From assembly GCA_951406725.2 (NCBI GenBank), contig OX597821.1, forward strand, positions 17,112,001 to 17,176,000: DNA of 64,000 nucleotides, in the 5' to 3' direction. Positions 1 to 15,200 of the stretch are shown here, one piece after another (positions within the stretch are counted from its first letter, which is position 1; the number at the start of each line of letters is the position of its first letter). The translations under genes were made by a program, and so were the position numbers. The notes beneath the pieces are model-generated. The model was not told the DNA's origin and made no database searches. It was given only the letters and a program-made list of their open reading frames with translations. This DNA is from Octopus vulgaris (lineage: Eukaryota).

Positions 1-57
1 ATGTATATCGGGCTTCGTATATTTTTATCCCAGTGTCACTTTGATGGCATGCGCCAT

Positions 58-65
58 CAATAATA

Positions 66-125
<60 letters not shown>

Positions 126-143
126 GTAATAATAAAAATAATA

Positions 144-202
<59 letters not shown>

Positions 203-275
203 CATAATGAAGAAGAAGAAGGAGGAGGACGACGACGAGGAGGAGGAGAAAGAAGAAGAGGAGGGGGAGGAGGAT
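58..275. repeat. (AAT)n microsatellite followed by a GAA/GGA purine tract
   Basis: Direct reading; explains the poly-N ORF 41..277. Confidence 0.95.
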
Positions 276-2052
276 AAGCTATATCAGTAAATAATAATTT
301 TAGAAATTTTAAAATTATGGAAATGAAGACGAAATAGTCAAATGAATGGATAAACCTTGAGTAAACAAAAAGAGATAAACAAGGGGAATGCACGATTGAA
401 AGAACCAGCTTTGCTACAACCGATAGAGTAGTAATTTATGTGTGCAAAAAGGAGGGGATCGTTCACTGAAACGAAGTAACCATATTGAAAGCGATTGAAC
501 TTCTTAAAAATATATCCTTGCCACACGGTAAAAGCTACTATTCATAATATGAAGTATGTCGTATGTCGTGACTGAATATATAGCCAATGTTGGTAATGAT
601 TGGTTGAAAAAATCTATCAGTAAATATAATTACAATTTGCCTCCCTGGCACTATGCATTTGGCACTCTATATCTTCTCTTTGAGTGCAAAAAACTGCCAT
701 TATGTTCTCCACACACCCTGTTTAACCGGAAGGAAGTCAAGACAGACACCAAATAATTTTATCACAACTGGTGGACAATATCGATTTTGGTTACAAACAA
801 TGGAGTTTTAAGAGTATGAGTCACATCAGATTTTCTGTAACGTGAAACAAGCTGAATAAACACCGGGAAAGAATTCGTTCTAGAAACAAAAGCTTTTTGG
901 TTTCTCACTGATGGTTACGTCTTTCACCTATATACATTGTCGAAAAATAGACACATGTTACGTATTGATATATTCATACAAACACAAACGTAAACGCAGG
1001 ATTTCCACTTGTTTTGTCATAAAGTCAACTCGCAACGTATTGGTAAGCCTGGTATTGTAGAAGAAGGAGTATGCTCAAGATGCAGGGAAGTGGGATCAAA
1101 ACCGAAAGTATGTGCTCATTAATCTGAACCCATTAGTATATATGTTTACTCTGTAATCAACTGGATATTTCTGTATAGCCGAAAAAAGTCTATACTTCGT
1201 GCGATAAGTAATTAAGTATAGATTCTCCAGTGCCTTCCATTGCAAGTTTCAAGAGACCTGCTCTTTGTCACTGCGCACTGCTGTAATTATTCAAACTATA
1301 TTTGCAATTTTTCCTTTTTTTCTGTCACGTAAGACCTATTTACATGCATATATACCGTGACATTTTAACTTTTTGTCTTTGCCAAGAACACAAAGCATTA
1401 CAAGTGAAAAATACTTAGTAGCAGCAACCAGTAGTTTTATGATATTCACCATCGATCTCGTATGAATCTTATATTTTATGGGATAAGAAAATGGAATTTT
1501 GTGGCGTCGTGTTCCTTCCCCTGCAGAATAAACAGAGGGGAGATGAGTGAGGGAGTGAAAGTTCCATTGATGGTTTCATTTTATTTCATAGCAACGGAAC
1601 AGATGAGAGAAGAAAGCAAACTAAATAAAACCGAGGCAGGGAAATTAATAAAAGAAGCATTAATACTTTAATATTTTACGCTATACCAGATATTACATAT
1701 AGAAATGATATTAAAACATCAATAATAGTATCATGAACATATATAAATACATTCAGACTTTATAATTATATTACCTATATAATTTCCAAGAACACATAAT
1801 ACCTTGTGGAATAGAATAAAACGCTCAAAAATATCAGGAATTGGCAATAAAGCCAAAAAATAAAATCGAATTTCAGGCAGAAAATTTTAAGAGCAAGAAA
1901 TCTTCATTCGTACGAGTATTTTTTTTTCTTCTTGATAATTGTTGTTCTACTTAAATACTTATTTTTTTACCTCTTCTCTGCTTCCAAGAAATGTTTAGAA
2001 ATAAAGTGATTCTACGTAAAACATTTTTGATTTGTTTATTCTTCTTTTTCTA

Positions 2053-2053
2053 C

Positions 2054-2120
<67 letters not shown>
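2053..2120. repeat. (TAT)n microsatellite
   Basis: Direct reading. Confidence 0.95.
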
Positions 2121-2566
2121 CTAAAATGAAATAAAACAATGACAAAAAGATACAAGACCAAGCTAAAGCTACATACTCCTCTTCAGTTTGAATCGGACAT
2201 ACCGGACACCTTTCCGCACAGCCCATATAGAAGCTAAGCTAATTGAAGCTTTAAGCGTTCCCACAAGTGATTTCCTCAAGGAAAGGCTTATGAAAAAAAC
2301 TAACAGAAAATAATCACATTCCTTACGTCATTTTAGATTTATTTAGGTTTGACACAAGGTTTTTATACCTATAAATATTTGCGTTCTAACAGAGGCTGAA
2401 TTTCGTATAGTCATAAATAATCCTTATTTGACATTGTTTTATTCTTTAAGAAAGTCGTGCCTTTATACAGTTAATTCTAATAGAAATTGTAGAATGACAA
2501 AAAAATGTTAAGACATCACAATATTACAGGGGTTGCGCAGATACCAAGACAATTACACACACAAAT

Positions 2567-2593
2567 ATGTGTGTGTGCGTGCGTGTGCATGTG

Positions 2594-2685
<92 letters not shown>
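2567..2685. repeat. (TG)n/(GA)n compound microsatellite
   Basis: Direct reading. Confidence 0.95.
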
Positions 2686-3069
2686 CTTGAAAGCAAAGAC
2701 TCAGGAGGTGTTAGTGTTGAATATATATATATTTAACCAAGTACTTCCCATAGGATTACGGCCGATTCGCAACTCTCATTATGTACTATAAATTGCATTA
2801 TGCAAGAAAATGTGAAATCATGTTTGCATTATCATGTATGTTAATCATTTTGCAATACAGTTAAATATATATTCACAAATTAATGCAAATAAAGAAAGTT
2901 AACTCATCAGACACCAGCACCTCGGGGTTATATCACCAGATCAACTCTAAATACACACACAGTTCACAGAATATACAACGAAGGATGGGTCGAAATTTTG
3001 TCAGTAAAAGTTGCTATTCTAGTCAACATATATTGTCTTGCTATTATTATTTTAAAATTTTGTTCACAT

Positions 3070-3221
3070 GTGTGGCTGCATGGTAAGAAGCTTGGTTACC
3101 AACCACATGGTTCCCAGTTCAGTCCCACTGCGCGGCACCTTGGGCAAGTGTTTTCAACTATAGTCTCAGGCCGACCAATGCTTGGTGAGTGAATTTAGTA
3201 AACGGAAGCTGAAAGAAACTC

Positions 3222-3280
<59 letters not shown>

Positions 3281-4002
3281 GGTATGTAGAAAAATACAAC
3301 ATGGACAAGAACGTATAACTCTTAGAAGACGATACAATAAACACGGACAGGACATTCGAAACCCTCAATCTTCAGTCAAGAACCGGATCATCGTAGTAAT
3401 TTCGGCTGATTAATCTTGAGATTACTAGATCACGGCCAGCCCTCCAAGAAAAACTAAGCAACGAGCATTAGAAAAACTAAGCTGGGAGCGTAGATTTCCT
3501 GGAAGAAGGATCGAATGCATACGGACACCAGGACAGCAAAAGGGACGAATATAAAAAAACAAAAAAATAATGGAATACAGAAACATGAAATACAGAAGCA
3601 TTAACGGTGAAAACAACAACAAGTGTCTTACGACTGATAACAAGCAAACAAATTTTTTCTCTCTGGCGCAAGGAAAGGAGCCTTATCGGCGATGCCTATA
3701 GCGGCGGACGAAAAACAACGATGTTAACACGACGCTGGTCAGAAGCTGAAAGGCAGATTTCGGCATGTCTCTGTGTATGTGTGTCTGTCTGCCTGTCTGT
3801 GTCCGTGTTAGTCTTTCCAACATCACTTGACAACTGATGCTAGTGTATTTACATACCCGTAACTTAGCGGTCCGACGAAAGAGACCGATAGACTAAGTAC
3901 TAGGCTTACAAAGAATATGTCCTGGGGTCGATATGCTCGACTAAAGGCCGAGCTCCAGCATGGCTACAGTCAAATGACTGAAACAAGTTAAAGAATAAGA
4001 GA
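3070..4002 (+). mobile_element. SINE family A copy, interrupted in its internal (TA)n by an insertion (about 3278-3770)
   Basis: Head gtggctgcatggtaag...ggttcccagttcagtcccactgcg and tail ...gactaaagg...cagtcaaatgactgaaacaag match the copies at 12126, 54814 and 58621. Confidence 0.9.
3278..3640 (-). mobile_element. Unclassified dispersed repeat (family D); inverse copies at about 8300-8620 and 8970-9050
   Basis: Reverse complement matches gatgatccggttcttgactgaagattg...ttcgaatgtcc.gtccgtg at 8512-8560; always adjacent to (TA)n or (CA)n. Confidence 0.75.
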
Positions 4003-4088
4003 ATTTTAAAAATATAAACGCCTTCTCAGAAAGAGGTGCTAAAGAGAATATAAAGAATTCACCATCCTTAATTTAAAGAAAACAGTAT

Positions 4089-4129
<41 letters not shown>

Positions 4130-4391
4130 CATATGTATGTATATAAACATATATACCTATATACATACATACACACATATATATATATATATATATACAC
4201 ACAGACACAAACATATACTTATATATACATATTTGTTGATTTCTAAAGAAGGGTGTACATACGTAGAAATGTATGCGTATATAGGTGCATATGTGCGTGC
4301 TTGTGTGTATGCATGTACACACACAGTGTATATATATATGTGTGTGTGTTTGCTATATTTATATGTATACACATGTACATATCCGTATATA

Positions 4392-4624
4392 TATTTCTTT
4401 ACTGCCCACAAAGGGCTAAACATAGAGGGGACAAACAAGGACAGACAAACAAATTAAGTCGATTACATCGACCCCAGTGCGTAACTGGTACTTTATTTAT
4501 CGACCCCGAAAGAATGAAGGGCAAAGTCGACCTCGGCGGAACTTGAACTCAAAACATAACGGCAGACGAAATACGGCTACGCATTTCGCCCGGCGTGCTA
4601 ACGTTTCTGCCAGCTCACCGCCTT
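4392..4624 (-). mobile_element. SINE family C, full-length, tail type C1
   Basis: Reverse complement of aaggcggtgagctggcagaaacgttagc...gagttcaagttccgccgaggtcgac...agtaaagaaata; flanking direct repeat atccgtatatat at 4381-4392 and 4628-4639. Confidence 0.9.
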
Positions 4625-4854
4625 CAAATCCGTATATATCTATATGTTAGTACATACACATGTAAACGGACAAGGCTCTTTGTAGGTATTTGGTTACAGG
4701 CACATACGTATTGCTATATTGTTATATTGTTTATACATATATATTTCCTTGTAAAATTGTAGAAGATTTTAACCCATGGAAAAATGCATCATCCTTTTCG
4801 TGTGGATGTATAGATAACGTTGTTGAATTAGGTGTATGCCTTCGTCAACAATAA

Positions 4855-5003
4855 TTCCGCCGAGGTCGACTTTGCCTTTTATCCTTTCGGGGTCGATTAA
4901 ATAAGTACCAGTTAAGCACTGGGGTCGATATAATCGACTTAATCCGTTTGTCTGTCCTTGTTTGTCCTCTCTGTGTTTAGCCCCTTGTGGGTAGTAAAGA
5001 AAT
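4855..5003 (+). mobile_element. SINE family C, 5'-truncated
   Basis: attccgccgaggtcgactttgcc...ttgtgggtagtaaagaaata. Confidence 0.9.
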
Positions 5004-6280
5004 AGATATAAATTGCTACGCTAAAAACAGACCAGATAACTCCAATAAATATTTATACTCTCCTAATTCCAAACATTATCAAAGGACCCAGTTTAAAATT
5101 TCTAAATAGAAATCGAATAACAGCAACTTTAAATCTGCCTAAATCTGACCAATGATGTGTTGCCAACAGTTTCTACAAACCAACAAAGCATTTCGTGATC
5201 TGATTTTGACACATATTTACTCAATGACTTGCACGCTTTACTGAACTTTATCAGTAACAAACTACCAGCATCCAACCAAATTAATTTCCTTACCATAACT
5301 TTTTATCAACCCACACCCTACAAACACATACTTCACTCCTATTTCTCTTTTGCTTCCCATCACCATAAACAACTTCCTAGTATATTATTACCATTATTAT
5401 CATTTCACTCAGTTCTAACTACTCATAAAGCAACTTGCTGAGATGTATGTAAAGCCAAAAGGAACCAAAGTAAAACCCAATTCCTTAACCACTACGTCAT
5501 GTACTAAGATATGCGTTGGGAAATACGTCTTGAAAAACAACCTTTTGTCCTCTAAAGTAAAATTTTTAAATGATATATTTCTTAAAATAATTTCCAGTCG
5601 GCCAACATTTGTATGTCTGAAGCCAATTACAAATTCTGTAAAAATCTATAGAAATAAAATTATTTATAAAAGCTACAGAATTCCATCTAAATGTCTATAG
5701 TAATAAATGTGAAGAAAAACAAATATTATCAATAAATATTTAAATACATAATACATAAATAAATAAATATCACTTAAACATCTATTCGAATTTCTACACT
5801 TTTTAAAGTTAATCTCATTTTCTGTCAAGACGTTATTAAGTAAATAGAAAGGTATTAATCTTAAGGATGATTTTGTTGCGTTGATGCTACACTTTTGAAA
5901 TTACTTAGTCTGAAAGCATTCTTCTGCTTATAACAGTGGTGTGAAATTTAAATGTGTTTAAAGGTGATTAGCTGGTACCTACTGATTACGCTAGATTTCA
6001 GTATATACAACAAGTAGATAGTCTGCATTTAATCTGAAAATAAAAAGAATAGAAAATATAATAGCCTCCTATAAACGAATAATTAGTAGTTTAGACATTT
6101 TTTTCACGCCATCAAAGCACTATCTCCCCTGACATCATTTAACGATGTGTCTAAAATCCCCTAACATCATATAATGATGTGACTAATATTATTATACTGA
6201 TGCAGTCGCAAAAGTACCACATTACAAATCCTAGCCATTTGCATCCCAAATTCCAACGAAAGCCAAGGATCGATAAATAA

Positions 6281-6868
6281 TGGTTTCAAATGTTGGCACA
6301 GGACCAGCAACTCCGAGAGAATGGTTAAATCGATTATATCTACCCCCTGTGCTCAATTGGTACTTAATATATCGACCATAAAAGGATGAAAGGCAATGTC
6401 TACTTCAGTGGAATTTGAACCCAGAACGTAAAGACACGGACGAAATACCTATTTCTTTACTACCCACAAGGGGCTAAACACAGAGAGGACAAACAAGGAC
6501 AGACAAACAGATTAAGTCGATTAGATCGACCCCAGTGCGTAACTGGTACTTAATTTATCGACCCCGGAAATGATGAAAGGCAAAGTCGACATCGGCGGAA
6601 TTTGAACTTAGAACGTAACGGCAGACGAAATACTTATTTCTTTATTATCTACAAGGGGCTAAACACAGAGGGGACAAACAAGGACAGACATAGGTATTAA
6701 GTCGATTACATCGACCCCAGTGCGTAACCGGTACTTAATTTATCGACCCCGAAAGGACGAAAGGCAAAGTCGACTTCGGCGGAATTTGAACTCAGAACGT
6801 AACGGCAGACGAAATACCACTAAGCCTTTCGCCCGGCGTGACTAACGTTTCTGCCAGTTCGTGGCCTT
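6281..6868 (-). mobile_element. Tandem trimer of SINE family C
   Basis: Three units of about 180 bp joined at gacgaaatac(c/t)tatttcttt. Confidence 0.9.
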
Positions 6869-7319
6869 CAGAACCAGTAAATAATAACTAGGAAAAGAGC
6901 TGTGCAATGATACATTGTGTTGTTCAAACGATGCATCTTAGTTAATTTCAAACACCACACGAACTGGTTTCATAAATTCGATTTTCCTGTATATTAATGA
7001 TATACAATAATATTGAATCTATCATCATTTAAATAATTGTTTCATGATGTTAATGATGAAGAAGCTGATGGAATTTATGAATAATTGGATGAAGTCAAAG
7101 ATAAGAAGCAAAAACAAACTTACGATCAACTCTGTGGTAAACAGTTCATCAGTTACGTACCTTCTCCTTTTAGCAGAAGCAAGCACATTTATCTCCCAAG
7201 TTATTCATCTATTTATTTGCCTATATTGCTATCTCTACAATTATCTCTCGAGCAGTCACTATTCGACACCTGAATGTCTATCAGCCAATAATTGTCTACT
7301 AAGCAGTATATATATATTG

Positions 7320-7725
<406 letters not shown>

Positions 7726-7867
7726 AATGAAGTTAGAGGATGTATTAGCCTCATGAAGAGATGGTGTCATCTAAGTAAATACTGGTTCAATACCTTATAT
7801 TTTGGGGAAAATTGTTTCCCTCAAAATAATAAGGCCTGTACATAAACTGTAGTTTATATTCATGCAA

Positions 7868-8260
7868 AGGAAGAAGAAAACAATGGAGACTTTGAAGTAA
7901 ATAAGAGTTTATTATAAAAAAAAAACTGATCATTATCGCTTACAGCTGTTTCAATTATACACAGAGAAATTAATTAAATGTTAAATTCATATTTCTTAGC
8001 ATAATCTCTTCAATGAGAAAAAATATACCCTTAGATGTTATGTATATTTCTTTGTAAATTCATCTGCTACAATGAATCTACAACCAAACACATAAGATCT
8101 GAGGGTATGTATTTTCTTGCTGAAGAGATCATGCTCAGAAATATGAATTTAACATTTAATTAATTTCACTCTTTATAAATAAGACAATTGTAAGGGATAA
8201 TGATAAATTTGTTGCTGATAATAAACTATTAACTACAAAATCTGTTTTCTTCTTTTTCCT
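7868..8260. repeat. Diverged foldback (inverted repeat, arms about 180 bp); each arm has a degenerate hammerhead-like motif
   Basis: aaattaattaaatgttaaattcatatttct at 7967-7996 is the reverse complement of agaaatatgaatttaacatttaattaattt at about 8137-8166. Left arm on minus reads TTGAAGA-gattatgc...gtataatt-GAAA-cagctg-TA. Confidence 0.8.
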
Positions 8261-8299
8261 ATATATATACATATATATGTATGTGTATCTTCCTGTTTT

Positions 8300-8619
8300 T
8301 GTTATTATCATTATCATTATTGTTTTTACGTATTATTATTATTGTTTTTACGTATTTTTGTATCCCCATTCGTGTAACATCGTCCGTTTTTTTTGTCTTT
8401 TTTGTATACATTCGAGGCTTTTCTCCAAGGAATTTAATGCGCTTGGCTTAGATTTTCCTTGTGGCTGGCCAGATCGGAGCAATCTCAAGATTAATCAGTC
8501 GAAATTGCAAGGATGATCCGGTTCTTGACTGAAGATTGAAGGCTTCGAATGTCCCGTCCGTGTTTTTTGTATCGTCTTCTAAATGTTTTGCGTTCTTGTC
8601 CCAGTTTGTAATTTTTTAC

Positions 8620-8620
<1 letters not shown>
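8300..8620 (+). mobile_element. Family D dispersed repeat
   Basis: Homologous to 3278-3640 in the reverse orientation. Confidence 0.75.
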
Positions 8621-8667
<47 letters not shown>

Positions 8668-9042
8668 CGACGCACGTACCCTTTTGTCTTATATGTAAGT
8701 ACATATTTCTTTAAACTTGGTACGACTCTATAACATTGTCTCTTCTCCCTCTCCTACATTTCTCTGCCTTTCTCACTTTGCACTTCACTTTGATCTGTCT
8801 CTTTCTCGCTCTCTCTCTCTCTTCTCCTCCTCCTTGGTTCCTTGTTCTTCCTCTTTCTCTCACTTCTCCCCCTCCTTAATTCCTCTGTCCCTCTTTTCCT
8901 CTCCCTTCTCCTCACACGTGACTGACTGACCGATTTCTGGCCTTTCGTGCTTAGCAGTCGTCACGGCAAGAAGGCTTCGAATGTCCTGTCCGTGCTTTTT
9001 GTATCGTCTTCTAAATGTTTTGCGTTCTTGTTCCAGTTTGTA

Positions 9043-9097
<55 letters not shown>

Positions 9098-9458
9098 GAT
9101 ATATATACATATACATATATATATACACACATATATATAGGCGAATGTATATATATATATATATATAACTCAACTTGTGCGACTGTGTGTGTATCTGTAT
9201 GTGTGTCTGTGTGTTTAACTTCCCGGCACATCTCCTCCTAGCCAACAAATCGTAGAACCACCAAAAATGGGTCACTTAAACTTTAGGCGAATGAAAATTG
9301 AACTGCGCTATTTCTGTTCCGAAATTCATCTCTCAAGTGCAAAAATCGATAATGTGTTTGTTAAGGCCTTATACCATGCATTGAATAGTGAACTTTACTC
9401 AGTCAGCTGTTTGAAGTAAACTGTGTTCACCACGCGTACAAGCATTCGTAAATTGCAT

Positions 9459-9706
<248 letters not shown>

Positions 9707-9879
9707 GTCACTGCCAACATTGTTTGACAAGCGATGCTGGTGTGTTTACATATACAGCAGAAGTTGTCTGTGTGTGTGGCAGGCTTGGTAGCCTTCAACT
9801 AACACTATCTCCTCCGAGACCCTGTAGCGCAAGTTGACTAAAATTGGGAGTGTGATAGAAGAAGGCTTGCTCTTCATTC

Positions 9880-10134
9880 CATGGAAGAAAAAATTCAAAT
9901 CGGATCATGTTAATACCAAAAATTATTTACATCAAAAAGGTGCTTTTATTCTATGAAAATCCCTATTTTTTACGATTTTTTTACTGCTGTGTTGCCATTT
10001 TTCGGTGTATTTCAACCAGAAAAATGTTCACTTAAAGAGAATATCAAGATACATAATGCAAAATTTTTACTTTTCAAAAATTTCAATTCTAAAGTGTCGA
10101 AACAAACCCAAGCAACGCCGGGCAATACTGCTAG
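9880..10134 (+). mobile_element. Helitron-like 3' end, non-autonomous
   Basis: Terminal CTAG followed by host T (10131-10135), preceded by the GC hairpin ccc-aagcaacgcc-ggg; the 5' boundary is uncertain. Confidence 0.55.
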
Positions 10135-10178
10135 TATAATATATATGCATATATATATGTATGTGTATATCTATATCT

Positions 10179-10219
<41 letters not shown>

Positions 10220-10284
10220 TATATATATGTGCGTGTGTGTGTGTGAGTGTGTGTGTCTGTGTTTGTGAGTATGTGTGTGTGCGT

Positions 10285-10317
<33 letters not shown>

Positions 10318-10934
10318 AGTGTTTATCAGAACGTGTGAATGTAATAAGTCGTTTACATATGTTAAGCTAACTCACTGAATTTCCATATCCCTCCTGAATG
10401 GTTTGCATCAGAAGCCAGTGTATTCTTACCAATGTAGTAACGTACTATTACCAATCTACTGACATTTATTACAACTCTTAATTCATCTCTGCGCAAAAAT
10501 GTGTCTCTAAAACATAGAAATTTGCATTTTGCTTAGTATCGTTGTGCCTATAAATAATAATATACTGTTTAGCATATCATTTTACTTCGGAAAATATCTA
10601 GTAATATTGTGTTTGCAATACCATTATGGACCATTGTATTATAGTTTAAGCGGCTCAGAACACTAACGAACACTAACCCTCTTTCCATAAAGTTCTTGTC
10701 TGGTCGATTTTGCACATTATGTAAACGCGGAAATCTGGTTAAGGACAACTAAAAGTGCATGCGATTGTAAAAGTTGCGAAGAATATAGTATTAATTCTTA
10801 TTTTAATATAAATGAATGTAGTGTATACAAAATAAAGTCTTACTTCAAAATGTGTAGTTACGCAAACTAGGAGCCTGCGTTTCATAAAGCCACACTTTTC
10901 ATTTCCTATTTAATCACGCCGTAAATTTCATATA

Positions 10935-11097
10935 CCGTAAATCCTCGAGTATAGTCCATCCTTGAGTATAATACGCAGGGGATTTTTAGGGGGCTGTACC
11001 TCTGAAAAACCTAAACCTTTTGTATAATACGCACCCCTTCTCTAACTTAATTCAAGGAGGTCTATATAACGTCCTTGGTTTGTAAAACTGTATACGG
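10935..11097. mobile_element. Short Tc1/pogo-type MITE
   Basis: TA|ccgta...tacgg|TA termini; internal repeat gtataatacgca. Confidence 0.55.
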
Positions 11098-11135
11098 TAA
11101 CGTCCTATATTATTATTGTATATATAACATATTGC

Positions 11136-11528
11136 GTGGAGGCGCAATGGCCCAGTGGTTAGGGCAGCGGACTCGCGGTCGTAGGATCGCGATTTCGATT
11201 CCCAGACCGGGCGTTGTGAGTGTTTATTGAGCGAAAACACCTAAAGCTCCACGAGGTTCCGGCAGTGATGGTGGTGATCCCTGCTGTACTCTTTCACCAC
11301 AACTTTCTCTCACTCTTTCTTCCTGTTTCTGTTGTACCTGTATTTCAAAGGGCCGGCCTTGTCACTCTCTGTGTCACGCTGAATATCCCCGAGAACTACG
11401 TTAAGGGTACACGTGTCTGTGGAGTGCTCAGCCACTTACACGTTAATCTCACGAGCAGGTTGTTCCGTTGGTCGGATCAACCGGAACACTCATCGTCGTA
11501 ACCGACGGAGTGCTTCCATGTTATGTCC
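11136..11528 (+). mobile_element. SINE family B (tRNA-Arg-like head), tail type 1
   Basis: A box tggcccagtgg, B-box-like tttcgattccc; 12-bp TSD ataacatattgc at 11124-11135 and 11529-11540. Confidence 0.92.
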
Positions 11529-12125
11529 ATAACATATTGCAAACGTGTAGCTTTTTTGTGCATTTTGTTTGCAGAAGATAAAGAAATAACAGTAATGACA
11601 GTAATAATGTTTAATAAATGTTGCTTATTGCAAGTTATGTATGATTCTTTTATGACTTCATTGCTTTCAGGCTTAGCTTAAGGTATTTTCGCGCCCGACA
11701 TCACAAAGCACGTCTGAATAAGCATTGCCGGACAGCAAATACAGACTCGGACATTGCTTAGAAAATAATTTTCATTTTTAACCTCGTATAAAGATTTTGC
11801 CCTTTAGATTTTGGGATTAAAATGCGGATTATCTTCGAGGATTTACGGCATCTTAGATATCGAAAGTATCATATAAATTCTTTCTATTATAGCCACAGTC
11901 CTGAATTCCCTTTTAAGTTTGGTACTGTTACTTATTTTCTCAACGCGAAAGGATGAATGGCATAGTGGATCTCGGTGGAATCTAAACGCAGTACGTAAAG
12001 CAGGAAGAAACACTACTAAATATGTTGCCCATTCTGCCAACTCGCCACCTTCGTCAGCACGGCTATACTATGAACCTGATTATTTCTCGAATATAGAAAA
12101 TAACCTCACTAGTTATAACCTCATA

Positions 12126-12541
12126 GGTGCAGGAGTGGCTGTGTGGTAAGTAGCTTGCTAACTAACCACATGGTTCCGGGTTCAGTCCCACAGCGTAGCA
12201 CCTTGGGCAAGTGTCTTCTGCTATAGCCCCGGGCCGACCAAAGCCTTGTGAGTGGATTTGGAAGAAGGAAATTGAAAGAAGCCCGTCGTATATATGTATA
12301 TATATATATATATATGTATGTGTATGTGTTTGTGTGTCTGTCTTTGTCTCCCTAGCATTTCTTGACAATCGATGCTGGTGGTTTTACGTCCCCGTCACTT
12401 AGCGGTTCGGCAAAAGAGACCGATAGAATAAGTACTGGGCTTACAAAGAATAAGTCTCGGGGTCGATTTGCTCGACTAAGGTGGTGCTCCAGCATGGCCG
12501 CAGTCAAATGACTGAAACAAGTAAAAGAGAGTAAAAGAGAG
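12126..12541 (+). mobile_element. SINE family A, full-length
   Basis: tRNA-like head with gggttcagtccc B box, internal (TA)/(TG) tract, tail ending in gtaaaagaga repeats. Confidence 0.92.
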
Positions 12542-14024
12542 TTGTTCGAATTAATTAAATTTTGCAGGAAAGGCTATACACCTTTGACGAAAGGATGATG
12601 GATATCTTTCATCGATATAGCAAATAGCGAAAGGTAATGCTGGCCTTTTTTTGTTCTGCTCTACTGACTCTTTCTTTAAATTTCATATATTGTTAACATA
12701 GAATTTTAGAACTTAGATAAATCAGTGCAATGTTTTCTATACACAAGGAAACAAGATCACCGTAGAAGCAATTAACAATACAATAATGATTTCCTAACTA
12801 ATAATTATGATCTCGCTGGCCACAGTGCAAATAAGAATTTATTTCTGCTTGACAGATATTAGAATTGATCATCGAACTGCTTGTTCGCTGAGAATATTAA
12901 CAAAGCCGAGTACTTCTGGTTGATGACACACATGTCGTAATACCAATGTCCTAGAATCTTTGCACCATTAAATCGAGTATATACTGAACGCCGTAAAAAG
13001 GAAAATCTATAATTTTGTAATGTACATTACAGCGATTATCATATTTGCGTTCAAATTTACCGGAACGTATTAACAATTAATATGTAAGTCATCGTTTATG
13101 AGTTCTTTATAAAGAAATCATTATTCAATAAAAACCTAATATATGCACAGACTAATTCTTTGTCTTCTGTCTTGTTGTCCCAGCTTCCACATTCTACCAT
13201 CGCATTTGCTCCTATATTTTAAGCTTATATTACGATGTGTATATAATTCTATTAACCTTGTTTCAAGTCGTTCTCTCTTCTTACTTCAGTATCAGCCGCT
13301 AATGTTCCAAGGTCTACTCAGAGTAGCAACACTTGTCAGGGTCCCAGTTATATATTAATTAACATATTAGGGCTTACTTATATATGCATGCGAAGACTGG
13401 AGCCGGCAGATTCTTCATGACTCAACTGCGGAAAATGTGGCTAGAGCAACGTAATGTGTGGAGCAGAGATCAAGATGAGGCAAGTAAGATATCTTGATCA
13501 TTGACTGCATCCGTTTCGATCTCCACTCGCCTTGACACGGATTTTCCACTGGATTGAAGATGGCTACAGATGTGAGAATGAGAATGCGGGAGCGCAAATC
13601 TTCTTCAATTTAAATAAAGTCACCGCAAAAGTTATCAGTAATCCTTAAGGGTGGACTATATAGTTCTTCATCAAACCAATGAACGTTAATGATATTTCAA
13701 CACATATACGCCATCACTTTTTTGTTACTTAGTTTTCTATATAAGCACATCTCATGGAATTCCCACCATATATTTATATTCCACTCAGACTTACACATTT
13801 GCCACAGATTAAATTGTAATAATAGTTGTCACTTTGTTATTATAATTGCAATAACGTTACATCAGTTACTTCATTGCATCACGATGTACTCATTATGTAT
13901 GAATATGACAGTAGAACCATTTATTATTTATAAGCATAGAGGCAAGCATTTCTGCTGAGAATCTAACCACATGCTTTCTGGTATATTGGAAGAGTGATAT
14001 TGTAAATTGGCAAATTTCGAATAC

Positions 14025-14025
<1 letters not shown>

Positions 14026-14079
<54 letters not shown>

Positions 14080-14161
14080 GTGTGTGTGTGTGTGTGAGTG
14101 TATTTGTGTGTGTGTATAATATATATATATATATATATGTATATGCATGTATGCATGTTTG

Positions 14162-14223
<62 letters not shown>

Positions 14224-14287
14224 TTATACATATATATGTGTTTGTGTTAACATACAGATTTATATATATATATATATATAGCATAGC

Positions 14288-14322
<35 letters not shown>

Positions 14323-14390
14323 GCATGTAAGAATGTATGTACATATGTATGTATGCCCATCCATACATACGTGTGTGTATATTTATATAC
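14026..14390. repeat. Compound (TA)/(TG)/(TATG) microsatellite field
   Basis: Direct reading. Confidence 0.95.
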
Positions 14391-15144
14391 AATCATAATT
14401 GATACATTAAATGTTGGCAAATTTGTGAAATTGTTCACCTCGTTCTTGACAAAACTAATAACATTCTCAAAAAAGCTGATGAGTTAAGCGTGTTTAAACG
14501 AAATGTTCGCAAATGATCAATAAATTTGTTTGCTAATGTTCAAACAGGATGAAAGAAGTATAAGAAAAAAAATGAAAACAAAGAACTGTAACAAAATGCT
14601 CATAACTGATATAAAATATATGAAACTCAAATAACAATTACACAATCTCAAAATGTGAAAGTAAAATAAAATCCTAACAATGCTTGGTAGCTTGACAAAT
14701 TTATAGCGAGTTATATGTTGAGAAATCCGCATGCTTCAATATTGTGTTATACAGGATATTTTCTGTGTTAAGCTCTAGGCTTAATTTGGCCAATGGCAGC
14801 AGATAAAGTCGTGACTGGAATATATAGTAAAAGCTGTCAGCTGTATTTATATTTCAGATTGAAGGTTGTTTTACATTTAGTTGTTTATTTGTTAATTTGT
14901 TTAGAAAGTTGTTTATTTGTTTATTTGTTTATTTAGCTTTCAGTTTTGTAGCTTTGGATGTTTACTGAGTTCTGATAAAAAAGTGGAAGAAAATAAAATT
15001 AGTGACTTAAAAAGAGAATAACAGGAAGGAAGGAAGAAGAGAAAAATGGAAAAAGGAATGAGAGAAAGAAAAATAGGAAGAGGAGGAAAAGGAAAAAGAT
15101 TAGAAAACAGGCGAAAAAACAGAAAGAAAGAAAGAACTAAAGAA

Positions 15145-15200
<56 letters not shown>

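Noticed and set aside
7040-7160. Acidic peptide with two YxxL-like motifs ([25 protein letters not shown])
   Set aside because: It has an in-frame stop and no supporting exon context; it could be chance or an unrecognisable pseudo-exon.
13290-13660. GC-richer non-repetitive island as an exon
   Set aside because: The frames I read are interrupted by stops and contain no recognisable motif; left unassigned.
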